Assembly: GCF_006345805.1 (NCBI RefSeq)
Contig: NC_043001.1
Span: 108,252,001-108,316,000 of the forward strand
Source: Octopus sinensis
Taxonomy: Eukaryota
Length of the DNA: 64,000 bases
Reading direction: 5' to 3'
The position numbers were made by a program, and so were the translations under genes. Below are positions 1 to 13,005 of the stretch, in pieces. Positions within the stretch are counted from its first letter, which is position 1; each line of letters opens with the position of its first letter. Under the pieces are notes generated by a model. That model was not told the DNA's origin. It made no database searches and worked only from the letters and a program-made list of their open reading frames with translations.

Positions 1-868
1 TAAGAAAGACTGGAAGAATTGTTCACAGGATTAATGGAATATTCTAACCTCTTTCATGACAATATTTCTAACAAAATACATTGTCTATGTTTCAATTAAC
101 GTAGACAACAATCAATAGGTGAAGATAGATTAGTAAGATAACCAACTTTATTATTAAGCTGGTGCACAGAACATAGATTATTCTAGCATAAAATTACAGT
201 AGAAGATTTTAATTTAACCCTTTTAATATCAAATCACCTAAAAGCACTACTAGTTCATCATCCTCATCATCGTTTAACGTCCGCTTTCCATGCTAGCATG
301 GGTTGGATGATTTTGACTGAGGGTTGGTGAACCAGATGGCTGCACCAGGCTTCAATCTGATCTGGCAGAGTTTCTACAGCTGGATACCCTTCCTAACACC
401 AACCACTCCGAGAGCGTAGTGGGTGCTTTTATGTACAACCTGCATGAGGGCCAGTCAGGCGGTACTGGCAATGGCCACTCTCAAATGGTGCTTTTTATGT
501 GCCAGTAAGGCAACGCAGGTACCAATCATGCTCGAATGGTGTTTTTTACATGCCACTGGCATGGAGGCCAGCTTGTTGCTCTGGCAACTATCATGCTCGT
601 ATGGTACTCTGCTTTGCCATGAGATATGCTAAAACCTTCCAACAAAATTCCATGTTAATTTATGTTCCAAACATAAATTGTTTGATAATGACAGAGTTAC
701 TCTAATAAATTCTTCATTGTCCTTAAAATTAATCAAAACAAAGGTGATGTATTTCAATAAGGTAAGAAAAGGGGTAAAATAATGAACCCTTTAAAAAGAA
801 ACGCTTTGTACCATATAACCAGCTGCCGTGGTTTGAATGGGTTCGTATTGAGAGAGTACAAGACTTAC

Positions 869-1083
869 TTGAGATCCTTAGGTGTCAGTGCTTGGGCAGC
901 GAGACGTTCATACATGTACTGAAGTGGGGGATGCAGTGAGTGGGATTCATCAGCAAGGGCCACATTGCCATGGTTCAATAGTTCATGGGGGAAGCCAACG
1001 TCACACATGATTTGTTGGTTGCGTTCAGTTCGCATCACAGACTTAAGGAGTTCAGCGGTGTACGTTTGTAATTCTAGGGCTTG
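869..1083 (-). CDS. WDFY3: WDFY3 coding exon (QALELQTYTAELLKSVMRTERNQQIMC...HPPLQYMYERLAAQALTPKDL), 215 nt
   Basis: TTTGCAG acceptor, GTAAGT donor; phase 0 in, phase 2 out. The gene continues beyond position 1. Confidence 0.93.
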
Positions 1084-1136
1084 CTGCAAAACAGGAGAGG
1101 CATAGAAAATGTTGTAGACAATGACATAGCATAGTA

Positions 1137-1957
1137 TAGGGGTGGGCAATTGTTGTGGCTCAGGGTCCACTTTGAGAGGGGCATAGTTTACAAAGGGCTG
1201 CATCTTCTATAACTGATTGTATTCATTACTTAACACTACATTTTATTGCGAAGTGCAAATAACATAACAATAATCTATAATATAAATTGGAGATGGGCGA
1301 TCGTTGTATTCTTTCTTGTCTTGAGGTTCACAGCCAAACGGCTGAGTGGATTCGCGTGAAAAATGGCACACATGTGGAGACGGGTGCATACATTGGAATG
1401 CGGTTTGCATTTTTTACTTAACCCCCATACTTACCGAGAAAATTGATTAAAACTTTTTCAAATGGAATTCCCCTCTTTCTTCCGCCATTAAAACAACCAG
1501 TTGCTTAGAAGCTGTTTCCTGATGGGGTGGGGTCAGGAAATTTTCATACAGCTGGAGGCACCAATCGAAACAGGGGACTCGAAATGATAAGGTTGACAAA
1601 TGCTGTTATAGATTATGCCTAACCGAAAACGATCACAGCCACATCATCGAAACAGACCGGATGAAACCGGGCTTAGCTGCTAGTAATAAATAAATAAAAC
1701 TAAAACAATAGCGGTACACAGAAACGGTTTCATTAAATTTATTTATGTGCAAGTTACACATCAGCGAGCATGAGTAATTTGATGAGACAAATGTAACATG
1801 TCATGCTTATTTACAATTCTTTTGAAATCAGGAGAGAGATTGCTTGTTGAGATCCTCATCACTCCTAACATTTTTTTTAGCTGAATGTTTCCATGGGTCA
1901 CAGAAAACTCTGTGGCAGGCCACATGAGGCCCGTGGGCCATAAATTGCCCACCCCTG
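1137..1957. mobile_element. Non-autonomous hAT-type element containing a nested Helitron
   Basis: TIRs TAGGGGTGGGCAA / TTGCCCACCCCTG; 8-bp TSD gcatagta / tcatagta (7 of 8 match). Confidence 0.75.
1274..1683 (+). mobile_element. Non-autonomous Helitron-like element
   Basis: Starts TCTATAATATAA after an A, ends CCGG..CCGG hairpin plus CTAG before a T; carries the AAACGGCTG...TGGCACA motif typical of Helitron-derived repeats. Confidence 0.7.
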
Positions 1958-2506
1958 TCATAGTAGATTAAAAACAGAAACAGACATAGCTAACATGACC
2001 TCGGCGGGATTTGAACTCAAAACATAAAGAGCCATAACAAAATACCACAAGGCATTGTGTGTGAATTGAGAAATTTCCTTTTGCTCTCCCCACAACCCTT
2101 CTTCTTGACCTTGGTACTGAACTTAGAACCATCACCATCTTTGACGTCTGCTTTCTATGCTGGCATGAGTCAGACGGTTTGACAGGGGCTGGCAAGGCCA
2201 GGAGCCACACCAAGCTCCAGTCATCTGATTTGGCTTGGTTTCTGCGGCTGGATGACAACCGCTTTACAGTGTGTAATGGGTGCTTTCTTACATGGCACAG
2301 CACCAGTGCATTTTACATGGCACCAGCACCAGTGCATTTTGGGCATTAGCCCGAAGCTATAATAGAAGGCACATGCCCAAGGTGCCACACATTGGGACTG
2401 AACCTGGAACCATGTGGTTGGGAAGCAAGCTTCTTACCACACAGCCACGACCATGCCTATGTGTACTACGTGGAAGGAGAAAAATGAAAAATCATGACAT
2501 TTTTAC

Positions 2507-2711
2507 CTTTGAATTAGCACTATAATCAATAGCTGGTAGGAGATGAAAGATGGACATAATAGCACCTGGGTGCACAATAATTTGATCTTGGGAACCTGAC
2601 AGGTAAAGCTTGATACTATCTGTACTGGATTTCTTCACTAAAGAGTATGGACCTTCTGTCCGAAATGAAATATTCCGCTTGAGTGTGGAGTAGCTGCCAG
2701 CAGCTGGAGGC
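2507..2711 (-). CDS. WDFY3: WDFY3 coding exon (PPAAGSYSTLKRN...DQIIVHPGAIMSIFHLLPAIDYSANSK), 205 nt
   Basis: TTTTAG acceptor, GTAAA donor; phase 2 in, phase 0 out; contains the I.HPGA motif. Confidence 0.88.
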
Positions 2712-2934
2712 CTAAAAGGAAACCAAGAGGAAAATCTTAGCCAAAACAATAAAAACAACAACTTAACAAAAGTTTCCAGGTTATTTCAAAAATTAAAATT
2801 TTGCCAAACGTTTTTCTTTGATGTGCTTCTTGTAATTTTACTAATATGAAACTGCAAAAAATTTTCTCACCAATTGTAAATAGCAAAATGTGGTACAGAA
2901 TCAACAACTATGTTTATGATGTTACACGCACACA

Positions 2935-3663
2935 TACACAAGACACACACAGGACACTATGACACACACAAAACACTATGACATACACAAAACACTATGA
3001 CACACACAGGACACTAATGACACACACAGGACACTATGACACACACAGGAAACTAAGACACACACAAGACACTAAGACACACACAGGACACTAAGACACA
3101 CACAGGACACTATGACACACACACAGGACACTATGACATACATAGGACACTATGACATACATAGGACACTATGACACACATAGGACACTACGACACACAA
3201 AAGACTATGACATACACAAAACACTATGACATACACAGGACACTAAGACACACAAGATACTATGACATACACAGGACACTATGACACACATAGGACACTA
3301 TGACACACACAGGACACTATGACACACACACAGGACACCATGACACACACACAGGACACCATGACACACATAGGACACTACGGCACACAAAACACTATGA
3401 CATACACAGGACATACACAGGACACTATGACACACAAGATACTATGACATACACAGGACACTATGAAATACACAGGACACTATGACACACATAGGACACT
3501 ATGACACACACAAGACACTATGACACACACACAGGACACTAAGACACACACACAGGACACTATGACACACATAGGACACTATGACACACAAAACACTATG
3601 ACATACACAAAACACTATGATACACACACAAGACACTATGACACATACAGGACACTAAGACAG
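2935..3663. repeat. Minisatellite, ~19-21 bp unit GACACACACAGGACACTAT
   Basis: Directly visible tandem array of more than 30 degenerate units. Confidence 0.95.
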
Positions 3664-4156
3664 AGTCTATGATCTTTGGAAGCTCTTCGGATGTGTGAGA
3701 GTGATGCCACCCATGTCTAGCCTGAACATCAACAGGTCAGACTACAGAAAAATAAAAAAAAAAACGACAGGCAAGAAGTGGACTCTGAAGATTTGAATTC
3801 TAGGCAGAAAAAGGAGAGGGTAAGTAAGGAAAGTGGTGATTGTGTGATGTAAAAAATGAGACACAGAAAGAATGGCAGAAGAAGGAAGAGGTGGAGGTGA
3901 AACAGGCAGGTCATCAACTTCATTTGCTTTGAGATGCAATGCACTAATGGGTGAATACTTGTGCATCACCCTGCAGCTTCATCAGAGCTTCAAACATAAT
4001 GTGCATTAAAATCGCACTCCAAATTTGAGGCTCTGACGAAGTCGTAGAGTAATTCTCAAACATTCAACTATGAGTCCATTGCATCTTATAGCAAAAATAG
4101 CTGTAAGCTTATGAAGTTCACAACATAATTTCTTTTCTATATTTAAGAGATGAGGA

Positions 4157-4438
4157 ATTATTTACATTTGACGGATATTTGTCCTCATCTTGTTTGTTGT
4201 TAACATAAAGTTTCAGCTGATATACCCTCCAGTCTTCATCAGGTGTCTTGGATTAATTTTGAACCTGGGTTCTCATTCCTAAGGTATTTTTTTATGTTAT
4301 TATTGTTATTTACTGCCTGGGATCGAACTCGGAATCATGGGGTTAGTAGCCCACGCTCTTAACCACTATACCATACACTCGTGGGTTAAGAGCGTGGGCT
4401 ACTAACCCCAAGATTCCGAGTTCGATTCCAGGTAGTGA

Positions 4439-4486
<48 letters not shown>

Positions 4487-4637
4487 CAACAACAGCAACA
4501 TCAAAAAATACCTTAGGAATGAGAATCCAGGTTCAAAATTTTCCCAAGACACCTGATGAAGGCTGGAGGAATATCAGGCAAAACGTTGTGTTAACAACAA
4601 ACAAGATGAGGACAAATATCCGTCGAATGTAAATAAT
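4157..4637. mobile_element. Head-to-head palindromic pair of tRNA-headed, hammerhead-bearing short elements
   Basis: Inverted arms 4157-4364 and 4384-4637. Each has a B-box (GAGTTCGAT), (AAT)n, and CTGATGA-stem-GAAAC-like motif (4202-4247 on -, 4548-4592 on +). Confidence 0.8.
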
Positions 4638-6314
4638 GTTTAATTTCTTTTCTTTTGTCATTTTAATTTCTTATTACGCTCCATACTCAAGTTAATACTT
4701 TATTTTGAAGCATACGTATATTGATTTTTAACACCAGGTTATTAGTATCTTTATGCCTAACCAAAATGATGAAATATCAGCATCGTCATCATCATCATCG
4801 TCATTTCGCTTCCGCTTTCTATGCTGGCATGGGTTGGATGGTTTGACCAAGGACTGGCAAGCCAGAAGGCTGCACTAGGCTCCAAGCCGATCTGGCAAGG
4901 TTTCTAGAGCTGAATGCCCTTCATAATGCCAACCACTCTGACAGTGATGTGGGTACTTTTTACGTGCCACTGACTCAAGCAGTACTGGCATCGACAATGC
5001 TTGAATGGTGCTTTTTACGTCCCACCACCACGGGAGCCAGTCAGGTGGCACTGGCAATGACCACGCTCGAATGGTGCTTTTTACGTGTGTGTGTGTGTGT
5101 GTGTATTTTTGTATCCACATTTCCTTGTTTATGACAGAAGTAAGGTTTAATATTTATTTCAGCTGTATTATTCCAATGATCCTTACAAGGAAGGAATTTT
5201 CTCAATAATAGTAAAAACATCATAATCTTTTAACACGGGGGAATTAGGCCACTTTTCCTTTCGTTTCTTCTTTTTTCTTCCTCTTCATCGTCTCTACTAC
5301 TACTACTGCTGCTACTACTTAAAAAGGAGGGGAATATAGTAGATAAATTAAATGTTGGTAAATAACTTGTGTTCTTCTTAGACATGGAATGTTGAATAAC
5401 TAAGTGGATTCAAACAGGAAATAAGCTTAGAAAGGCAGCGACACCACCAACACCACCACCAGTGGCAGTCGTGGTGGTGGTAGTGGTTGTGGTGGTGGAG
5501 TGTTGTAAGTGGGTTGTGGTGGTGTGGGTAGATTGTGGAGGTTTTGTGGGTGGGTGGGTGGCGGCAGCAATAGCAGTGGTGGAGGAGGGAAAAATAAAAC
5601 CAACCACAGGAGCACAGCAAGATCAACAACAACAACAACAAAAATTACCCTCCATACAATGTTTTTAACTGAAGATCACATTAATCCTATTCACTAAAAT
5701 TGATTTCAAATTTTGGCACAAGGCCAGCAATTTTAGGGGGATTGGGTAAGTCGATTACATCAACCCCCAGTGTGTAACTGGTTCTTATTTTATGCCCTCC
5801 CCCCCCAAGAAAATGGAAAGCAAAGTCGGCCTCAGTGGAATTTGAACTCAGAACAAAAAGATGGATGAAATGCCACTAAGCATTTTGCCTGGGTGTGCTA
5901 ACGGTTCCACCAGCTCGTTACCATCATTCTATTCGTTAATATTAAATAATGAGATAAGGTGGTGAGCCGGCAGAATTGTTACCATGTGGAGCATTTTGCC
6001 TAGCGGCATTTCGGGTGTCTTTACATACGAAGTTCAAATTCTACCAAGGTCGACTTTGCCTTTCATCTTTTCAGAGTCAATAAAATAAGTACCAGTTGAA
6101 TACTGGGGATCAATGTAATTGACTTACTCCCTGCCCTGAAATTGCTGGCCTTGTGCCGAAATTTGAAACCATTGTTAACAAATATATTGTACAGTAGAAC
6201 CTCGCAGTGTGACTGCACCATTGTAAGAGCCGAGACACATGTGAATTTTTGTCTTGAAGTAGAAACGGAAATCTGTAGTATGAGCACACAAATCATCCCA
6301 TCTTTAAGGTAATT

Positions 6315-6975
6315 CATCATCATCATCATCGTTTAACATCCGGTTTCCATGCTGGCATGGGTTAGAATGTTTGACTGAGGACTGGCAAGCCAGGAGGCTG
6401 CACCTGGCTCCAATCTGATCTGGCATGGTTTCTACAACTGGATGCCCTTCCTAATGCCAACCACTCTGAGAATGTAGTGGGTGCATTTTACGTGCCACCG
6501 GCATGGGAGCCAGTCAGGAGGCACTGGCATTGACCACTCTCAAATGGTGCCTTTTACATGCCACCAGCACATGAGCCAGTCAGGTGGCACTGGTTTCAAC
6601 CACGCTTCAATGGTGCTTTTTACATGCCACCAGCACAGGAGCCAGTCAGGCAACACTAGCATCAACCACGCTTGAATGGTGCCCTTTACATGCCACTGAC
6701 ACAGGAGCAATTCAGGCGGAAATGGTATCAACCATGCTAGAATGGTTCCTTTTACATGCCACCAGCACAAGAGCTAGTCAGGAGGCACTGGCATCGACCA
6801 ATCTCAAATGGTGCCTTTTACATACCACTAGCATGGGAGCCAGTCAGGCGGCACTGGCATCGACCATGCTTGAATAGTACTTTTTACATGTCACCTGGCA
6901 CAGGTGCCAGTCAGGCAACACTGGCATCTGCCACAACTACTATTTCGCTTGACTCAACAAGTCTTCTCAAGCACA
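6315..6975 (-). mobile_element. SINE-like family A ((ATG)n tail, internal 66-bp tandem unit); copy with 7 units
   Basis: Other copies at approximately 257-620, 2135-2340, 4780-5087, 8352-8550, 9526-9795, 11858-12195, 17723-17920, 30828-31258 (-) and 14665-14994, 17930-18148, 39940-40240, 51420-51810, 53233-53430, 55910-56245, 56460-56838, 58540-58710 (+). Confidence 0.85.
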
Positions 6976-7939
6976 AAAACCAGTTTACATATTTCTTTTG
7001 CATTCTCTTGTATTATAATTATATCATTTTACTTGTAACTACACCTTTTCTGTATTAAAACCCATAAAAATAGTATTTTTGAGTGGTTTTGTGGGGCTGG
7101 AACAGATTAATTATATTTTAGTTAATTTCAATGGAGAAAATTAATTTGTAAAACGAGTAAATCATAAGACAAGCTCAGTCATGGAATGAATTAAACTCGG
7201 ACTGTGAGGTATCACTGTACATTCAAAGAACCCCCCCCCCCCCAAAAAAAAACAAAAGAAAAATGACAAAGTAACTACAAAGCATTTTAAATTATTTGCA
7301 AATTCCTCAAACAGCAAATTACAATTATAATATTGTGGATAGTTTTTATTGGAAGCAGGGAGCATTCTGAATGGATCTTAATAAGATGAAATTATAAAAC
7401 ACTAATAAATATTTTATTGTCCTGTCTGTTGGAATGGAATCTAATTGCTTTACAACAAGGTCAGGTCTTATTAATGCCAATTTGGCCTTCTGGAATTGAA
7501 TTAGCTAACCTTTACTGATTCACAATCTGAAGACAGGATGAAGTTATTATCAGCAATAAGAATTCCATTAATTAGGAATCAAACCTAAGGCAAGTGTAGC
7601 TATACATGTCACCTTGTAAGTATAGAGAGCAATGTGTGTAGGGAAAAGCAAAATGTTGACCTTAGGAACAAAATGGTCTGGCAGCTTCATTCACTAAGCT
7701 TTTATGTTATTATTAGATAATAAAAGTATTCTCTTCTTCGCCAAAGTATTGATTTTTTTTTATGTGAATGATGAGGAAATTAATTTGTCTGGTGGTGAAG
7801 ATTTAGCTAGCATGCGCTTGTTGATGAAATGCTAGATCTCAAAGCAATGTTACATATAGATTGATAATGACAAAAATATCATCATCATCACTTAACATCC
7901 ACTTCCCATACTGGCATGAGTTGGATGGTTTGACAGGAG

Positions 7940-8170
7940 CGGCAAGCTGGCAGAAATGTTAGCGCACTGGGCAAAATGCTAAGCAGTATTTCGTCTGCCA
8001 CTACGTTCTGAGTTCAAATTCCGCCGAGGTCGACTTTGCCTTTCATCCTTTCGGGGTCGATTAAATAAGTACCAGTTACGCATTAGGGTTGATGTAATCG
8101 ACTTAATCCGTTTGTCTATCCTTGTTTGTCCTCTCTGTGTTTAGCTCCTTGTGGGTAGTAAAGAAATAGG
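7940..8170 (+). mobile_element. tRNA-derived SINE family B with Meta-SINE-like core (GGTCGACTTTGCCTTTCATCCTTTCGGGGTCGAT...AAGTACCAG)
   Basis: A-box-like AGCTGGCAGAA and B-box GAGTTCAAATTC. Other copies at approximately 5703-5925, 5957-6172, 19230-19620, 23272-23505, 28065-28287, 31965-32345, 39722-39935, 41888-42318, 47790-47920, 51840-52045, 59352-59870. The domain name is assigned from memory. Confidence 0.8.
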
Positions 8171-9151
8171 TTTGACAGGAGCTGGTGGGGTCAGTGAACA
8201 GCATCAAACTCTACTCTCTGTTTTAGCATGGTTTCTACGGCTGAATGACCTTCCTAACACCAATCACTTTACAGAGTGGTACCAAGTGCTTATCACAGAG
8301 CACCAGCAAGGTCAAACAAACTTAAAACATGGGGTGCAATGTGATTGTGCCATCATCATCATCATCGTTTAATGTCCATTTTCCATGCTAGTATGGGTTG
8401 GAGAGTTCAACCAGGGTCTGGGAAGCCAGGAGGCTGTGCCAGGCTCCAGTCTGATCTGGCAGTGTTTCTACAGCTGGATGCCCTTCCTAATGCCAACCAC
8501 TCCATGAGTGTAGTGGGTGCTTTTTACGTACCACCAGCACAGGGGCCAGATCTTCTAAAATATAAAACATTTCTGATGCAAGCCATAATTCAAAGTTTGG
8601 AATGATATTTCTAGGGACTTTAAAATTTTTCTGTTCTCTTAATAGCAAAATAGAAAATAACCTCAGGGGATTAGCTCCAACGCGAAGACATTAAGAAGAG
8701 AGAAAACTCTTACCCTGACAGGGATATAGGCAACATTCTTGGATGATCTCAAACAGTCGTGAACACACTGCAGACCATGGAACTTTCTGAATGGCACACC
8801 AATGAAATTTACCCTACATTTTTTTAGTAGTATGGCCTACCTGATGATGAGCTTGAATCGTCTCTCAACAACTAAGTGGATTAAGACCATCTGGAATAAA
8901 ATATTCTTGCAGTAGGTTTCAACTCAAGACCCATAAGTAGATTTTTATTGTTAGGAAGTCCAAAATGGGATACAATATCTTCAAAACACACATAAGTCTT
9001 TCACAATGGTCTGATATCGTTGTGGTTGTTTAGCCAAGGTCAGTCAAGATCAATAGATCAAATGATCAAAGACATTCGAACTGAGACCATTCTGTTGTTT
9101 ATTTTTTAGGGTGTTCTTTAAATACAGGTTAATGATGAAATATTAACTTAC

Positions 9152-9238
9152 CGATCAAAGGAATCTAGAGCCATATCATAAAAAAAGCGTATCATCAAAC
9201 AAGCTGATTGAAGTGTCAAGGGTAGAAGATGCTTGGTT
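9152..9238 (-). CDS. WDFY3: WDFY3 coding exon (TKHLLPLTLQSACLMIRFFYDMALDSFD), 87 nt
   Basis: Hand translation; TTTCAG acceptor, GTAAGT donor; phase 2 in and out. Resembles the vertebrate LY.VATDSFD segment. Confidence 0.87.
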
Positions 9239-11122
9239 CTGAAAAACAGAGAAAATGGGAATCAGTCACCAGTCGATGACATGAAGTAAAATGGTAAATA
9301 GAAAGTTTAACCCTTTAGCAATCAGCTCAAATATTCTATGTTTTATGTCCAAACTGGTTACATCTAGCCTTTCACACCTACCCTACAATGCTATTCTAAA
9401 AAAAAAAACAATAACATCACTAAAATCTCAAAGATACAAGATAAGGCTTGATTAATTCAAAACAATGTGAATAAATAAGCATTTGACAGAATAACCTGAT
9501 TATCATGGAGTTTATGGTTTATTGATCATCGTCATCGTTTAACATCCGCTCTCCATGCTAGTATGGGTTGGACGATTTTGACTGAGGGCTGGCAAATCAG
9601 ATGGCTGCACCAGGCCCCAATCTTGATCTGGCAGAGTTTCTACAGCTGGATGCCCTTCCTAATGCCAACCACTCCGAGAGTGTAGTGGGTGCTTTTTACG
9701 TGCCACTGGCATGGGGGCCAGTCAGGTGGTACTGGCAATGACCTCGCTCGAATATTTTTACACATGCCACCGGCACAGGTGCCAATAAGGCGACTATATG
9801 TGGAAATATGATAAATGACTGAGGAATTTGTAGTTCCACCAGGTTTTATATTTGGAAAGAAATTTTGATAAAATACCAGACAATACATAATCTGATTGAC
9901 TAAATCATTTGAAATGAATTTGTCTCACATTAATTAATCTATCTTCTGAACAGAAAAGCAATCTATTGTATTTAACTTGCTGAGAAGTTCTGGTAATTAT
10001 TCACTACAGTTAAGAGAATATAGGCACTTAAAATAAAGTCTGCTCCCCAGACAATAAAATTCTTTGCTTTCGTTTGGATTTTCGAAATGTTTCACAAGTT
10101 CAATTCTTGCTCCTGTCAATCATTTGTTTCTACTGAATAAAACTATTTTGTCAGAAGGTGTTGCTGAAAACACAAAGCAAGATTGAACCTAAGATTATGT
10201 GGTCATAAGGTGATTCTATTAACCATGCAGCCAGCCATTACTATTTTGTGTACCACAAATATGGTAAGTAGTTATTGCCCCACGTTTTAGAATCAAAAGT
10301 AACTTAATGCTTTCGTTACTGTATTTATTTTGAGATGCTCTGTGTTTCTTTCAATTAGTTTAGATATAACAAAGAATTTAGTAAAGTAACTTCATTATCA
10401 TTAAGCTAGTTTTTTAGGAACATTAATTGTGACGAAGATTTGGTGGAAGATTTTAATTCAAATCCTATGAAAACAAGACATTTGTACAACAGAGCCAGAG
10501 GCTGTTTCAGCCAGGTTGGTATCACAAGGGTTAACAGAATGTATATTGTTTTTTTCATTTCTCCTAAGAATAAGGTTAGAATCAGAAATGTCATGTTTAT
10601 AATTTTCACAAGTGTATTAATGATAAAAAAGAAGTGAAAAATCTAAAACTGGGAACCAAAACTAAACCAAAACCATTGAGAGATCACAGCTTTTGTATTA
10701 CGGACATATTAGAATGTTGTAGAAAAGAATCACAAAAATGATTCTTGAAGCCAAACCAATAGGCAGAGGACCAAGAGATAGAACAAGATGACTGGATAAT
10801 ATCCATAATCTCAGTTGATCATGTTTGGGAATCCAACTGGAATGTCCAATAATGGTTGGTTCTCATAGGACTCTATAGAGGAGGTGCCTGAGGTCCCTAA
10901 CCCCATGACCGTTTTAGGAATACTGGGCAGAGAAGATGAATGGCTGGATGGATATAACGTTAAATAAATTATTCAAGGATCTTTTAAAAATATATTTACA
11001 GTGTTATCGTCACTTTCTACCATTTAAGAGAATTTTGGGGGAACCTCAAAAAAATATTTCAGACAAATTCCAGACATAGAACAACCAGCAAACAACAACA
11101 GAGAAAAAAAATAAAATCTTAC

Positions 11123-11286
11123 TTGCTGTCTTTAACATCATTGAAGAAATCCTCAAAAATGGCAATGGATTCTGGGATAGACTGAATTTCTTCTTGATTT
11201 GTTTCTTCAGAATCTGGTAGAATGTCAATGGTATTGGAAAAGCAGCCAAGCAGCCGTGCAGCTTCTGTTAAACTATCATACCGAAC
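11123..11286 (-). CDS. WDFY3: WDFY3 coding exon (VRYDSLTEAARLLGCFSNT...FEDFFNDVKDS), 164 nt
   Basis: Hand translation; TTCTAG acceptor, GTAAG donor; phase 0 in, phase 2 out. Confidence 0.9.
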
Positions 11287-11536
11287 CTAGAAATGCAAAG
11301 AGAGATGTGAGGAGAAAAAGAAAATCAAAAAAAATTTTTCCAGAAAATGAGTGGAATTTTTCGGACCAAAATTCACAGGATTCAAAGAGGTAGCAACAAT
11401 ATTTGAGTCTTTACACAACAAACTACTTGTATGCTGGGAAATACAATATGCAACAAACAAACAAAAAAAATCCTCTTACCAAAAAAAAAAAATGGTAAAA
11501 AGACAAAAATTTTTTTTAATCCTTGATTATATTTAC

Positions 11537-11637
11537 CTCAGTTGAGAAGAATTTTGCATTTGCAGGTTCATATCGCATGGCAACTGTTAGGGTACTGAAA
11601 ACTGTTTTTAACATGGTCAAAATTTCTTCTCTGTCAA
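11537..11637 (-). CDS. WDFY3: WDFY3 coding exon (VDREEILTMLKTVFSTLTVAMRYEPANAKFFSTE), 101 nt
   Basis: TTTCAG acceptor, GTAAA donor; phase 1 in, phase 0 out. Confidence 0.92.
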
Positions 11638-12506
11638 CTGAAAAGATACAAAACACAATATTAACCATTTTTGTCACTAACCCAGCTGAAACTGATTCTG
11701 GCTCTGAGTACAAATGTCTTGTTTTGTTAAGTTTTGAATTAAAATCTTCCACCAAACCTTAGTCACAATCTATGTTCCTAACACCAGCTTAATGATAACT
11801 AAGTTATTTTACTAATTTATACCAGTGGTTTCATACAATATACTATATATATATATATCATCATCACCATCATCATCGTTTAACATCCGTTTTCCATGCT
11901 GGCATGGGTTGGGCAGGTTGACTGAGGTCTAGAGAGCCAGTGGCTGCACCAGGCTCCAATCTGATCTGGCAATGTTTCTACAGTTGGATGCCCTTCCTAA
12001 TGCCAACGACTCTGAGAGTGTAGTTGGTGCTTTTTACATGCCACTGGCACAGGAGCCAGTTAGGCAGACCTGGCATCAATCATGCTTAGGTAGTGCCTTT
12101 TATGTGCTACCGGCATGGAAGCCAGTCAGGGGGCACTGGCCACTGCTACGATATTGGTTTTACTTGACTCAACGGGTCTTCTCAAGCATATCATATCGCA
12201 AAACACATCAGGGGTACTCTTAACTGGGCTGGACATGTGCGGTTGCGATCTCACTTTAATTGCCGGGTCTTCTCAATCACAGTGTATCTCCAAAGGTCTT
12301 GGTCTCCTGTCATTGCCTCTGTGAGGCCTAATGTTCAAAGGTCATGCTTCACCACCCCATCCCATGTCTTCCTGGGTCTACCTCCTCCACAGGTTCCTTC
12401 CACAGTTATATGTGTGTGTGTGTGTGTGTGTGTGTACACATTGTTTGTTTTTATGTTCTGTTATAATATAAACAAGTTTCACATTAATCTGAAAGGTTAC
12501 TCCAGG

Positions 12507-12742
12507 CATTATTTACATTTGACAGATATTTGTCCTCATCTTGTTTGTTGTTAACACAACATTTCAGCTGATATACCCTCCAGCCTTCATCAGGTGTCTT
12601 GGGGAAATTTTGAACCTGGGTTCTCATTCCTCAGGTATTTTTTGATATTATTATTATTATTATTATTCAGGTCACTGCCTGAAACTAAACTTGGAATCTC
12701 GGGGTTAGAAGCCCACACTCTTAACCACTACGCCATATGCCA
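12507..12742 (-). mobile_element. Single copy of the tRNA-headed hammerhead element
   Basis: Same sequence as the 4157-4637 arms; hammerhead motif at 12553-12598 reads GACAC CUGAUGA AGGCUG..CAGCU GAAAUGUU GUGUU. Confidence 0.8.
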
Positions 12743-12866
12743 GCAGAGTACAACTTGATTATTCTTTAACATGAATAGTAGTGACAGTGACTTCGAAGTT
12801 TTGGCCAGCTATGCCATCATGAGACTGTAAATGAAGAACTAATGGAATAATTGAATAGAAAGTTAC

Positions 12867-13005
12867 CTGTGTGCCATGGTGACTTTGGAGGTTCGGATAA
12901 ACACCCTTCCATTGACACAAGCACCGACATCACGTACACAAATCCACCAACTTTACGGAACACTGTTCTTGTACGATGGCTCTCACGTAAAACGTTCAGC
13001 AGAGA
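12867..13005 (-). CDS. WDFY3: WDFY3 coding exon (SLLNVLRESHRTRTVFRKVGGFVY...PPKSPWHT), 139 nt
   Basis: TTGCAG acceptor, GTAAC donor; phase 0 in, phase 1 out. Confidence 0.93.

Noticed and set aside
3300-3485. Repetitive THTGH ORF
   Set aside because: A product of the minisatellite; no splice or coding support.
6480-6941. CRISPR-like array of regularly spaced repeats
   Set aside because: The units are contiguous 66-bp degenerate tandem repeats without unique spacers, inside a eukaryotic SINE, and there are no cas genes.
8714-8786. Possible extra WDFY3 exon (open frame with GTAAG donor)
   Set aside because: It ends in phase 0, whereas the next exon needs phase 2. The flanking exons already join in frame, and the peptide has no WDFY3 similarity.
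8841-8885. CTGATGA-T-GAG..CTC hammerhead-like start
   Set aside because: GAAA is missing and there is no convincing stem I; too decayed to call.
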